64,000 nucleotides of DNA from NCBI GenBank assembly GCA_977862235.1, contig OZ374559.1, positions 372,001 to 436,000 on the forward strand, in the 5' to 3' direction. The stretch is from Dudresnaya verticillata. Lineage: Eukaryota. Below, in pieces: positions 11,929-24,493 of this stretch (within the stretch, counting starts at the first letter, position 1; every line of letters begins with the position of its first letter). Position numbers and translations under genes: made by a program. The notes under the pieces are model-generated. The model saw only the letters and a program-made list of their open reading frames with translations, ran no database searches and was not told where the DNA came from.

Positions 11929-12560
11929 TTGCTGTATCGAAGCGTCTCTATCAGGAATGAATTACGTGGGACTCTAACGTTCTATTTTCTTTTAGTGGCG
12001 CGTTTGAAACGAGCCTCTAACGACCCATCTGTTCTGCCAGAGCAACGCAGGAGGGCCAGTATCGAATCGTCAAGTTCATCATCAAGCTACAAAGTACCTA
12101 CTGCACGACCATTAATAGAAGAAGAAGCGCATCAAGCCGGCACGACGAGTATTAATTCTACCTCAATCTTCAACTCAGAATCGGATAATACTTCTCATCA
12201 AGAACCAGAGCAGACACAGCGCCAACTGAAGACACTACCTATTGCCTCGTCTTCAACAATACTGCGCGCTGCTCGCACTATCGAGAAGGCTCGCCGTCGA
12301 CAAAATCGCCGCGTTCAGAGCAAGGACTGTGTTCGCTGGTTTGTTCGCCGGCACCAATACACAATCCACCTAGGCGTATCGCACATCGCAAGGAACTCGA
12401 CCGAATCCGCGACGCGCGTGCGAAACACTGTTGCAAACCTTGCGATTTGTCCTCTATTTCCAAGCACGACTACGAAAAGCATATTATAGGCAAGAAGCAC
12501 AGAAATACGCTACAACGCGCTCGTAATCAAGACCTCGCCGCCAGGCTCAATTATAAGTAG
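11929..12560 (+). pseudogene. Tandem matrin/U1/JAZ-type (zf-met class) C2H2 zinc-finger ORF with one frameshift
   Basis: My translation gives finger 1 S(AGC, for C)KDC-x12-HLG[frameshift ~12376]IAH and finger 2 CKPC-DLSSISKHDYEK-H-IIGKK-H (C-x2-C-x12-H-x5-H), stop TAG at 12558-12560. The start codon is not identified. Confidence 0.72.
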
Positions 12561-12600
12561 TAAATAGTTAAACACTTCAAAAAACACAAAAAGGCAAAAA

Positions 12601-12990
12601 ATGGTGACTTTATCGTCCATCCGAAGTCAATTAAATGGGTATTCCCCGAGCACGGATTTTCAGCAGGCTCTCAAAGCGGCACTCGCTGTACACGTTTTAG
12701 CCGACCCACAGCCACCTGACGGAGAGACCATTTCAGCTCTCCGCGAGGACTTTCCTGTTGAAACCTTATACGATGAGGATGTGTTGAGAGGCCCGGCCAC
12801 ACTATTTAGGATTATCCGCGATTACCTTAGTCTGAAGGGCTTAGTATATCAGCAGCATCCTGATAACAACCGAATCGCCTATGGACTACCTAATATGCTC
12901 TATACGACCGACGCAGAACGTAACAGTGCAATCGCCCGTCTTATAGTTGCATCATCGAACATGAGTCAAATAGGAGAGCAGGGTAACGGC
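12601..12990 (+). pseudogene. gag: Gag-like ORF of element C, N-terminal part (cut by a family D LTR)
   Basis: ATG in an A-rich context, with a globular-looking ORF open up to the insertion. The call is positional. Confidence 0.55.
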
Positions 12991-15900
12991 TGTGGTATAA
13001 CGAAGTCCACGGTGACGCGGGGAAGTCTCGCACTGTAAGGAATGGCCTCGGAGCCTAACGAATGGCCTCGTAGCCTAACGGAGAAACGAAAAGGGGTGGT
13101 AGCGTGGTGGAGCGGAGCGACCATCACGAAGGACCACGGTGTCAACGTATTCGTGTGCGGAAGGGAGAACTCGAGCGATCGATCACCGGGAATGACTCCG
13201 GGTGCGCAGGGCTATCGAAAGCGAGGCTGGACCGTATCCGCGGTCACGAAGACGAAGACACCGAACTCGAAGAAACAGGCGTTTACCGAAGACTCCGAGG
13301 TCCGGGCGCTAGTCGCTTACCGGAAGCCCTCAGAGGTTGTGCCAGACGACTGGCTAAGTAATACTACGTGAGCACGATGCGCGTCAACGCGGGAGACGGT
13401 TCGTACTCGAATGATTCGTAACGGCCTCGGTGCCAACGAACGGTCGCCTCACGTATGGTGGCGGTTGCGAAGTGCGCCAGCGATGCATACGGAGGTGCGC
13501 GTGTCTCGTAGGCCCGGTGCCGTTGCGCGCGGGAAACAACGGGAAAGTCACGAAGGTGTCAGCGATTTCGTATCGGGTGCGCACTGTAATGCGAATGCCA
13601 TCGTGGCGCGCGCGATCACGAAGTCGGCTCGGGATTCGTCCGGAGGTGTCAGCGATTTCGTATCACGTGCGTGCTGTAATGCGAATGCCATCGTGGCGCG
13701 CGCACAGTATGCGCACTGTAATACGTTTGCCATCGTGGCGTGCGCATTCACGGAGTCATTTCGAAATTCGTATTTCTCGATTATTTTCACGGAGACCACG
13801 GAGTCGTTTCGCGGATAGCGTCTATACCACACGGCCCCCTCCTCAAGAGCGAACGTCCCGGTCGCAGGTTACGGATTTACGAATTGGCGTGGCCTGCGTG
13901 CAAACGATGCAATACGAAGCGCAGAATTTCGATACGGTCCGACCGCGACAAACCGAGAGTTGCGAATCGCGATTGACTTGGACTTCGGAGTCCGCGAAGA
14001 CGTCGGGAATCACGGAGACAAAACGGATTCGAAATCGCAGCTTCGGTTCTCGAATGGCGGGGTCATCGAGACTTCGGAATTTCACGTGCACGGCCCCCTC
14101 CTCAAGACGAAGGCGTCCGCGCCAACGTGCTTGGGGGGCGGGTTGCGGATACGCGCTCCTCGGAGAGCTGTGAGGGTGTTGCGATGATCGCGCAGGGCAA
14201 GTCGCGTGAGCTCCGGGGCTGTCGTGGGCGAGCTGCTTCGGGGGCGCATCGGTGCTGAACGTATGCGTAATGGGGCGCCGAGGCCATGCGAGAGGATTGC
14301 GCTTGGCAACAACGAGGACTCCGTGGTCATTGCGAAGGCGCGTCGTAACAGGTGAGCTCCGTGTCGCAAGTGAGGCGCGGGTTGCGAAGTCGAAGTGCGC
14401 GTTCCGGGTGGCATCGGCCTCGAAGTATGACGTCAGGCGCGTTTGACAAGTTACTTATAGTTCACCGTGTCCGTCCGTCGCGGTGTCAGCTCCTGTAATG
14501 CGAGTGCCGCGGTGCATCTGGGTGCGCGCGGTGCGCCTTTGCGGATTTCACGAGGGGCGCTGGGTTGGGGCGGGGGTGGTCGACACCGCCCGACAGCGTG
14601 GAGCGCAACTTCGTGGGGGTATTGGCTTCGTGATCGCGTATCGTTGATGCGGTGGCGTGTCCTCTCCGAGAACCTCGGTGTCGTGCGGCGCGCGGCCGAG
14701 GAGTGGCGCGACGAACGCAATCCGGTGCGGGTCGAGCGAAGCGAAGATGGCGATCACCGGAGCGTGCTGTGTCGAAGTCGACTTCGTGAATATTGCGGGG
14801 AAGACTGCGGGTTGCCGCCGAGGGCTGCGTTGGCGTGCGTCGCGTGCTATCGAAATTGCGCAGCTGCGGTAGCGTCATGTGCGAGGTGGCGACCATCTGC
14901 TACGAGGCATGCGTGTGTGTCGGGGCTGTGGTCGTGCGCGACGAAGTCGCGTCGTGAAATACGGAGTCGAGTATCACGAAGTTGGGTCACGATGTGCGCC
15001 GAGCGGCACTGGGCGATCGGATGCTCCCGGGCAATCGAAATGAGCAGCTTCGTAGTCAGCACGTGGGTGGAGAAAGCGGAGTGTGGCTCCGGGGCCTTTC
15101 GAGTGTTGATCACAGTGCGCCGCGCAATCCGGGTGAGCAGGAGCGTTAATCGTGCGACGAATTGCGGAGCACGAAGTCGGGGCCACGGAACCACTCGGGG
15201 TCCCAGCCGGAGAGCCATTCGTGGGCGAGTAGAACGGGATCACGCGGGTCCGCTTGGCTTCGAAGCCTTGCGAAGTAGCGCGAAACGAGTTCTTCGGGCA
15301 CGTGCGTACGAGGTTCCCACGTAGGCGTCGCGTAGCCGTCCCACTTGATACGAAACACGAATTTTCCGGCTTCGTCGGTCGAGTGATCGAGGATGCGTTG
15401 AGGATGCGATCGACAACACATTCGGGGCCTTCGGTGACCATTTCCGCAATGTCTTCGGGTCGCGTAATCGACGGTCGCGAATTCGTAGGCGGTGGCGCGT
15501 AGATGCAGCGGTCCGCGGAGACGCGTTCAACGAGACCATTGCGATCGATCACGAGTGTACGCGTATCGTTGAAAAGCACTTTGTACGGCCCCTCCGCGGG
15601 GGATTTCAACTTCGGAAGTTTCGTTTTCACATCGTGGGTATCGAGGTACACGTAGTCTCCGGGTTTGACGCGGCTTTTCGTGTGGCGGATGTGGCGGATG
15701 CGCTTATCGAAGTCGCGTTTGTAACGATTTTGAACTCGCTGTAACGAAGTGCGTGCGGAATCGATGGCGAAATTGAGTCGCTTAACGAAATCGTTGCGAA
15801 GGTCCTCCGTGGGTTTTGGTCGATGATTTCGGGAGCGATGTTTCACGGTGAACTCGGGCGGCGGTCGCGATAAAACGAGATTGAACGGAGTTGTCTTTGT

Positions 15901-18900
15901 AGACCGATGAACGTGGCAGTTGTACGAATACGTTAACGCGGAGACATAACGGTCCCAATCGTTTTGGTGGTCGTTCACGTAGTTACGAAGCATGGCGAGG
16001 ATAGTGCGGTTATAGCGTTCGGTTTGTCCATTCGTTTGCGGATGATACGCGGAATTGAATACGTTCGATAGCCCGAGTAAGCGACAGACGCCCTGAAAGA
16101 ACTTCGAAGTAAAATGTTTCCCGTTATCCGAGAGCACCGAGGCTGGCGGTCCATACATGAATATCCGTACTTCACAAAAGGCAACGGCCACGTGATACGC
16201 GGTTATTACTCGTAGTGTGGTCACCTGCGTCAACTTCGTAAAGCGATCTGTAATCACGAGGATGAACTTGCGTCCGGATTTCGTTCGTGGCAACGGGCCT
16301 AAGATGTCAATCGCGACCGATTCGAGTGGGTGCGTAGCGGGGAAGAGCTTCAAGCGATGAATATTCCTTCGGAGACGGATTCGATTCCTTGCGCAATGTT
16401 TGCAATTACGAACCGTGGATGCGATATCGGCTGCCATGTAAGGCCAGTAATACGTTTCACGAAGCGAGTAGAACATACGATTTTGCCCCGGGTGGCCAGC
16501 GAGTAACGAATGATGCGCCAGCGTGAGCAAGCGAGGTCGGAGCGTCTCGTGCAATACGATTTTCGTTAGCTTCGGAATCGTTGGGTGCGTTCGTCGCAGG
16601 AGACCGTCTCCATCTTCGTGAAAGAGACTATCCTTCGTTTTCGATTGTCGTGATTGCATCGTTTGGCAGAACGAATCAATACGTTGTCCTTCGAGGATTT
16701 CGGTTACCGTAATGGGTGCAGGTAGATCCACGGGTTTCACGTCGGTGAGGTCACTCGGTTCTTCGTTGGGGTCAATTCGATAAAGGTCAAACGTATCATC
16801 GTCATCGATATCGTCCCATAAGTCGCAGTCATCGTAGACATCCTTTTGTCCTGCGTATTCACCAACGTAGTTCTGCGTCGTGTTCATGTTCGCAGCCTTC
16901 GTGGCACGTATTATTGTGGGGTTCGGAACCCGTGGTGACCTCCGTGGATCGTGGCGTATTGCCTGTTCGATGTACGCGTTTCGCGGGTGTAGTCTTTCGC
17001 GCAGTGTCGTGGCGAATCGCGGTGGGCTTCGATTGACGTTTGCCGGATCGCGTAGTAATGAGAACCGGGTCTCTTTCGTTTTCGATGGTTTTCGTGATGT
17101 CGTTGCGGAAACGTTCTTCGTTCTTCGCTGCGATTTGATCCGAGTCAAACGTAAGAACCTCGTCGTCGATTGCGGGTTGTTCGCGATGCGGAAGTAGCAA
17201 TCGCGAGAGGGCATCGGGAATCTGGTGGACGCGACCGGGGCGATACACGATTTCGAAGTCGATTCGGCTAAGCGAAGCCTCCATCGCGTGCGTCGCCCGG
17301 ACGAATCGGTAAGGGAAAGAAGCCATCGGAGCGCATCGTGGCCCGTACCCACGGTGAACCGGGTCCCTTCGATATACGGACGCAACGAAGTAACCGCCCA
17401 TACGACTGCGTAGCATTCGCGCTCGGTTGCGGAGTAGTTCTTCTCGGCATCGTTTAACGAATACGACCAGTAGCCCACGGGTTGGAATTCTTCGTTATCT
17501 TGCTCCTGTAGCAACGCGCATCCGAGTTGATACGCAGACGCGTCCGTATCGATAATGTAACGTTTCCCGAGTTGCGGTAACCGGGGTATCGGCGGTGACA
17601 CGAGCTTCCGTTTGAGCGTTTCGAATGCGGTAACCTGGTCCTCCGTGGGATTCTCGTAGTCGGGATCCGCGTCCTTTCGCGTCATGTTCGTCAATGGTCG
17701 TGCAATTTTCGCGAAGTCTTTCACGAATCTTCGGTATACGTTACACGCGCCGAGGAACGAACGGACTTGCGTGAGGTTCTTCGGGAACTTCGCGTATCGG
17801 AATGCTTCGGAGCTCTTCTCGGCCATACTCAGCTTCCCCGGGGAAATTAAGTGTCCGAGATAGTCGACTCGCTTTCGGAAAAGGAAGCACTTCTTCATCT
17901 TGAGCGAAACCCCGGAGTTACGAAGTAGCGTGAGAACTTGATCGAGATGCGCGATGTGTTCACGAAGATTCGTGGAGAAAAAGATTACGTCATCGAGGTA
18001 AACGAGACAGCACTGCCAACGGACTCCGGATAGAATGATGTCGAGTGCGCGTTGAAACGTAGCGGGCGCGTTTTTCAATCCGAAGGGCATACGAAGATAA
18101 CGATAAGTTCCGAGAAACGAAGTAAACGTAGTCTTATCCCGGTCTTCCGGGGCAACCGGAATCTGCCAGTACCCGCTGTTACAATCGAGTGTCGAGAAAA
18201 TCGAAGCGTCTCCGAGTGAATCGATAAAATCTTCCATCCGGGGAAGCGGGTACGTGCCGGATAGTGTCTTCGTATTGAGTCTTCGGTAATCTACGCAAAA
18301 ACGAAGTGTTCTGTCTTTGTTCGGTGCGAGAACTACGGGGGACGCCCACAACGAGGTGGCTGGTTCGATTACTCCGGCTTCGAGCATACTGTCGATTTCG
18401 TTACGGACGATTTCACGTATTGCGGGCCCTTGACGATAGGGCATCGAACGAATAGGTCGAGTCCCGGGTTGTAGATCGATCCGATGCTCCGTGGCTGCGA
18501 TCGTTCCGAGGTCTCCGTTCCACATCGATTCGTGCTTACGTAGCATCTCGACGACCTCGTTTCGCATAGCTTCATCGGGTATGTTCGAAAGGTCTACGCG
18601 TTCTTCCCAATCGCGGGAACTCGAATTGGCTTCGGCTGCTGCCGTAGCGGCGCCCTTGGTGAGCGGTTTTTCCTTCGTGGATACGGATTCTTCGGGTGAC
18701 TTCGAGTCGTCGTGCTCACGTAGCGTAGAGATGTTGAGCAACTTGGCAAACGAATCCGCGACTTCGCGATCGGGTGTCAAAATCGCGAGCGGGTTTCGAG
18801 CTGCGTATCCGATGACGGTTCCCTTCGGTAGAGCTCGAGGCTTATCCGTGAAGTTCGCCATCAACACCGAAAACTCGCAATTCGGATTGACTTCGTGTAT

Positions 18901-19775
18901 CCCGTTCGTTAACCGTACTCCGTGTCGGTGTTGTAACGAAGGCTTCGGTTCGATATGAATTAGTCCGAGTGCTTCCGAGGTCACGGTAACTAGCTTCTGC
19001 GAATAACTCGGTATGGTGACGCGGCGGTTCAAACGAATGGTACGGGTATCTCGGTCCCAATCGTGGAGCTCACGTTGGTATCGCTTCGATAGCGTCTTCT
19101 CGAATTTCTGCTTCGGATTTTTCGAATTAGTAGCGGGTGGAGCCGATCCAGCAATGCGGTTGATAATCGGAATCGTGCTTCCACTCTTCGTGATGAGCCT
19201 CCGTGGGCTGAGCTCGATGCTTCGTAAATGCGCGTCCATCCACGAAGTTCCAAGGAGAACGTCGACTGCGAGTTTCTCCGCAACCACGAAGGGTACGCGG
19301 TATCGAACGTTCCCAAGGCGGACTGTCAGGTAAACGATACCATCGAGTCTCAACGGGGTGCGATCAGCGGACGCGAACCTCAGAGCTGATTCCATCGTGG
19401 ACGCGTTCGCTTCCCAACCGGTGGGTAACGCAGCCCGGGCTATTAGGTTGTAACCGAAACACGTATCGACTGCAATCGTATGCGGTGTCATTACGGAGGC
19501 ATCGAGGCCAATGGATCCGGTCACGAGGAAGATCTCCGAAGTCATCAAGCAATCAAGCAAACGTATCCCTCGGTGGTAACTTCGGGTTCGATCTTCGAGA
19601 TCGGTATCTTCTTCGAATTGTTTTCGCACGAAGCGTCTTTCGCGAGGACTCGACATCGCTTTCGGTCTCGTCGTCGTGCAGCGCGCTTCCTTCGCATCGC
19701 AGCGGCTCTCGGAATCGGAATACGCGGAGTGTCTCGGGAAACGGATTCAGAAGAAGTACGTGACACAATGGATAA
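12991..19775 (-). mobile_element. 5'-truncated chromodomain Ty3/gypsy element D1 (pol plus 3' LTR 12991-13831)
   Basis: LTR TGTGGTATA...TATACCACA, PPT at 13832-13847 on the minus strand, and pol on the minus strand. Gag and the 5' LTR are absent. Confidence 0.9.
15146..19775 (-). pseudogene. pol: Gypsy pol (PR-RT-RH-INT-chromodomain) with several frameshifts
   Basis: YLDD, DTDAS, HHCC, DILGP/SDNG/ERYNR and GPY motifs. Compared with element E, an 8-bp duplication at 19545-19560, compensated shifts around 17260-16900 and an 11-nt insertion near 15390 move parts into ORFs 19545..19928, 16859..17416 and 15146..15421. Confidence 0.93.
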
Positions 19776-21248
19776 GTTGTCGATCGCATCCTCGATCACT
19801 CGACCGACGAAGCCGGAAAATTCGTGTTTCGTATCAAGTGGGACAGCTTCGCGACGCCTACGTGGGAATCTCGTACGCACGTGCCCGAAGAACTCGTTTC
19901 GCGCTACTTCGCAAGGCTTCGAAGCCAAGCGGACCCGCGTGATCCCGTGCTACTCGCCCACGAATGGCTCTCCGACTGAGACCCCGAGTGGTTCCGTGGC
20001 CCCGACTTCGTGCTCCGCAATTCGTCGCACGATTAACGCTCCCACCACGTGCTGACTACGAAGCTGCTCATTTAGATTGACTCGGAGCATCCGATCGCCA
20101 GTGCCGCTCGGCGCACATCGCGGCCCAACTTCGTGCTACTCGACATCGCGGCCCAACCTCGTGATACTCGACTCCGTATTTCACGACGCGCCTTCGTCGC
20201 GCACGACCACAGCCCCGACACACACGTCTGCCTCGGAGCAGATGGCCGCCACCCCGCACATGACAACGCAGCCCTCGGCGGCATCACGAAGCCCACTCCG
20301 CATCACCGTGTCCGCAAGCGCTCACCGATTTGTTCGTCACGATGCCCACACGAAGTGGCTTCTCACGCTGTCGGCAGCGTTCCACGGTATCGCGACGGGC
20401 GCGCCCACTGCTGCGGCGGTGGACACACACTGCGTCCCACGAGCTTCGTGATATTCGACAAAGCCGCACCGCGCGCACCCGGTTGCACCGCGGCACTCGC
20501 ATTACAGGAGCTGACACCGCGACGGACGGATACGGTGAACTATACGTAACTTGTCATACTCGCCTGACGTCATACTTCGAGGCCGATGCCACCCGCCACG
20601 CACACTTCGACTTCGCAACCCGCGCCTCACTTGCGACACGGAGCTCACCTGTTGCGATGCACCTTCGCAACGACCACGGAGTCTCTTGCATGGCCTCGGC
20701 GCCCCATTACGCATACGTTCCGCCCGCACCGATGCGCCCCCGAAGCAGCTCGCCCGCCCGCAACAGCCCCGGAGCTCACGCGACATGCCCTGCGCGATCA
20801 TCGCAACACCCGCACAGCTCTCCGCGGAGCGCGTATCCACAACCCACCCCCCAAGCACGTTGGCGCGGACGCCTTCGTCTTGAGGAGGGGGACGTGCACG
20901 CATATCTCACGAAGTCTCGATGACTCAACTCCGCGAAGGAAGCACGCATTACGTAGACCACGGAGTCGAAAAAAACGAAGCCGCGCCACGAACAAGTTCT
21001 AGATTCGCACACTTGAGCACGAAGCTCGGTTAAGAGAAGCTACGAAGTTAACGCTACGATGTTAACAACTACGTGATTATCACTAAGAGGCAAAGAAGAG
21101 TCGAGAAAAAAGCTTTACTCGAGACGATACCACGAGACCGAGACCCCGCTACCGTGAGCTCCGAGAACAAGGAGCTCGATACCGAAAACGAGAAACCACG
21201 CAGCTACGAAGCTAAAAGAGAAAGCCTCGGTGCTCACACTACGTACAA

Positions 21249-23267
21249 TTACGAGCGACCATACGGGTTTGCGGAGTCGTAAGGCGGGTTATCACGAGGA
21301 TCGTTCCCGTTTTCATCTCGAGTCACGCGAAGGAAGTTCGGCGCATACGGATCCGATGTCTGCGATTGTCCGCGGTGACCATCGTAACCGTCGCCACCGC
21401 TGGATCCAAACCCCGAAGGGCCTCCGGAGCCAGACCCGTAACGCGGAGCATCGTAACTCGGGTAACCGTAATCTTCGCGCCGATGCTTACCGCTCAACGC
21501 GAGGCCCCGAATACGATGACGAAGATCCGTTATCTCCGCATCCCGATCACGAAGCTGCCTACGAAGGCGACTCACCTCCGTAACCGCGCGAAGGAAACTT
21601 CCGCCGAGATCGTTCAGCAGTTGTCGAAGAGTCCCATCGGGGGAGATGCCCGCTTCGCGACACGCATCGCTCACGGAGTCGAGACTGCGAATATCCGTAG
21701 GACAGCGAATCTCGAGACTCGCGATCGAAGAACCCGAAGCGCTCGGCACCAACGCGACAGCCCCGGTGCCAAGAGAGGACCCCGGAGTCAGCAACGACGA
21801 AGGAAACGGAGCTACAGAACGAGGAACGCGCGGCAACGGACCAACCTCGCCCCCGATGGCACGAACCGCGGCACTCGGATACGAAAACGGATCAACTCGC
21901 GGACCGCGCCCTCCTCGTGACGGACGGGTGTGGTGCCAATCGAACCAGGCCCCGGAGCCCACGTCGTGTCCGACCACTTGGGACCACTGTCCCGTCGGAA
22001 AATCGCAATGAGTCGACTGGAGCTCCCTTCGATCCGCAGCCTCGATGTCAATCGCGAGTATCTTCGTGAACGGCATCGCGCGATCCGAGCCCCGGAGCGA
22101 AAGATCCGGATACCCGCCATCCTCGGAGAACGACTTCGACCAACGATCACGAACGAAACTACGCAATGAAGCATCGAGCACCCATATTTATTGACGCTGT
22201 TTGACATCCTAAATCAACGCGCGACCAAGCTCGAAGCGATATTCGGAATCCCGGAAACGCACGAAGCAATTCTTCGTAGGTTCCGCGAACAGGTCAACCA
22301 CGAGCCCGAAATAAAGAATCACCCTCGGAGGTGGCACGACTAAGCCCGCGGGGGCCCGAATAAACGAAGCATCGCGCTAGAAAGAACTCGCAAACATGCT
22401 CAGAGGCACGCGGTCATCGAGACGCGAATTCGTATCCAAGCGATCAGGCATCGAGCCCGCGCCACGGAATAGCGTCCAGTCTCCGGCACCGATGTGCAAT
22501 CCGAGGATGCGCGAAATCGAGTCTACGTGACGCCATACGTTTCCCGCGGCGGACTAGAACTCCGGGTAATCACGAAAGCGACTAATCGCAACCACCGGAG
22601 AGTCCACGGAGATACCCGCACCCGGTGCCAGGAGCACATGCGCGCACGCATCTACGTAAGCAACCTCGTCAACCGTGGTCACGTAGGAGACGTCGCACGG
22701 AAGACCCATCGGAGTCGGATACACGGAGCCACGGGGCCAGAATACGTGAAAGACGCCAGCTTCTTTATCATCACGACCCTCGCACAGTGCACGAAAGCGA
22801 GCGAGATCCGGACGAACACGGCCATCGTAGGCAGCAACCTCTTCGTGAGTAACTCCGGAGACCGCGAACTCGTCCCACGCGAAGTGCAGCTGCGCAGACG
22901 GAAGCCTCGGATCACTCTCATCCTTTGTCCCGAATTTCGGAGGACCCAACGAAGCACTCGGCTGCCAACCCTGATTCACGAATTGCGGATTCGAGCCGCC
23001 CGAGCTTACGAAAGGACTATCGCGATCCGTGATCCCCGCTGACTCCGAGGCCCCGATATCCACAACGTGTGGAATCGCGAGAGTCCGCGGTACGTATTCG
23101 GAGTCACCACCCGAAGGGCCCGCAACATCCGAAGAAGGATCCGAAGGCTTCGGAGCCAACTGACCCGCCGTAGCAGCCGCGAGCTCGTCATCGAGGCAGC
23201 GACGAACGCCCTCCGCACGTTTTTCCTGGGACCCGGTTCCCTCTTCGTGACCCGTGTCCGACATCAT
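21249..23267 (-). pseudogene. Antisense extra ORF of gypsy D2 (~672 codons, 4 in-frame stops), function unknown, C-terminal coiled coil
   Basis: ORFs 22554..23267 and 21249..22181 are in the same frame. Manual translation of the gap shows protein-like sequence with stops only at 22554, 22377, 22209 (TAG) and 22188 (TAA). Confidence 0.72.
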
Positions 23268-23591
23268 TACGCGAAGCTCGTCACGAAAACACAGAAACCC
23301 ACGGAGGAACGAACGCGAATCTCGACGAGGCCCTCACGCAATCCACGGAGGACCAGCCGCACTTGCCCCAACACCGAGACCCACGACCCGCAACCGACCA
23401 CCGCAAACCACCGAGGCCAACGAAGCAACAACACGAACGCCACGGAGCGGAGCGAACGATACGCGAAGAGACGCGAAAGGACGCACCAGTGCACACGAAG
23501 GAGCAAACGGACCGCGAATACCGAAAGCCAAGGAGCTGAAGCGAGTTGTGCGTGTGCGCGATGACCGGAGAAGCAAGGGGCTCGGACCCAG

Positions 23592-24493
23592 TGTAGTGCC
23601 AGGGGGGGTCCCCCGTTTTCGCTTTCAAGCGTTGATATGCAGCGTCTATCGACGGACGACCGCCAACGGCGCGCTCAACCCGCCCGCGGCGCAAACACGT
23701 CACCGACGCATGCCGCTGGCCACTTGGGCCAGATCGGCTCGCTGGGCGTGCAGACCGCACGCCTGAACCCGGCCACTGTACGGCGCCACGCGTACGCGTA
23801 CGCGCATGGCGCAGTGGCGGGAACGTTCGCTGTAAGCGTGGCCCGAATCCGGATCCAATCGGGATCCCACATCGGGATTAAAGGATGTAACGCACGCGCC
23901 TGTAAGCCTGGCGCATCCGCATCGCTGGCCCGAATCCGGATTGGATCGGGATTGGTGCGGATCGAGATCGCTCGCGCCATGGGGCGCATGCGGCTGTAAG
24001 GAAGTAATCCACGTGTAAGTGTAAGGACTCGAGCGGGGAAGCTACGCGTGATCTGTCAGGAGCGCGGCTGCATGACGGACGGATCTGTCAGACGCGCCTC
24101 GGGACAACACGTGTCCCGAGTTTCCGCGTTACGCGTACATCCGCGTCGCCGCCGCTAGGTAATCCTGTACTTAGTTGATCCGTCTCAGACGTCACAGTAA
24201 ACCCCGGCAAGCCGGCCTTGGTCCAGACTTCCCCGTTCAGCACGCGCGTACCCTACCGCTGCCTACGGCTAAGCGTCTACCTCCCGTGCTTCCACGTCTC
24301 TACCCGTCCTCGACGTGTTTCCTTTTTGTTTCTTCTGTTCTTCCTTTCCGCCTCGGGCGTTTACAGTCCGCCCAAGGCGAGTCAACTGCTCTACCACAAT
24401 TCGCCCAAGGCGGGGCTACTCACCGCCAAGAGCGTCGCTACCCACCGAGCCCCGAACTGCTCGGCGGTGTCCGTCAACGACGTTTGCACTACA
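23592..24493 (+). mobile_element. Solo LTR, family A (902 bp)
   Basis: TGTAGTGC...GCACTACA. TSD CCCAG at 23587-23591, with the right copy displaced to 35077-35081 by element E. Confidence 0.9.

Noticed and set aside
14974..19656. 1560-aa ORF as an intact functional Pol
   Set aside because: Comparison with element E shows compensating frameshifts; the N-terminus, the post-RNase H segment and the chromodomain are out of frame.
21249..23267. Antisense ORF as an env gene
   Set aside because: It is on the wrong strand for env, and no signal peptide or C-terminal TM anchor is visible.
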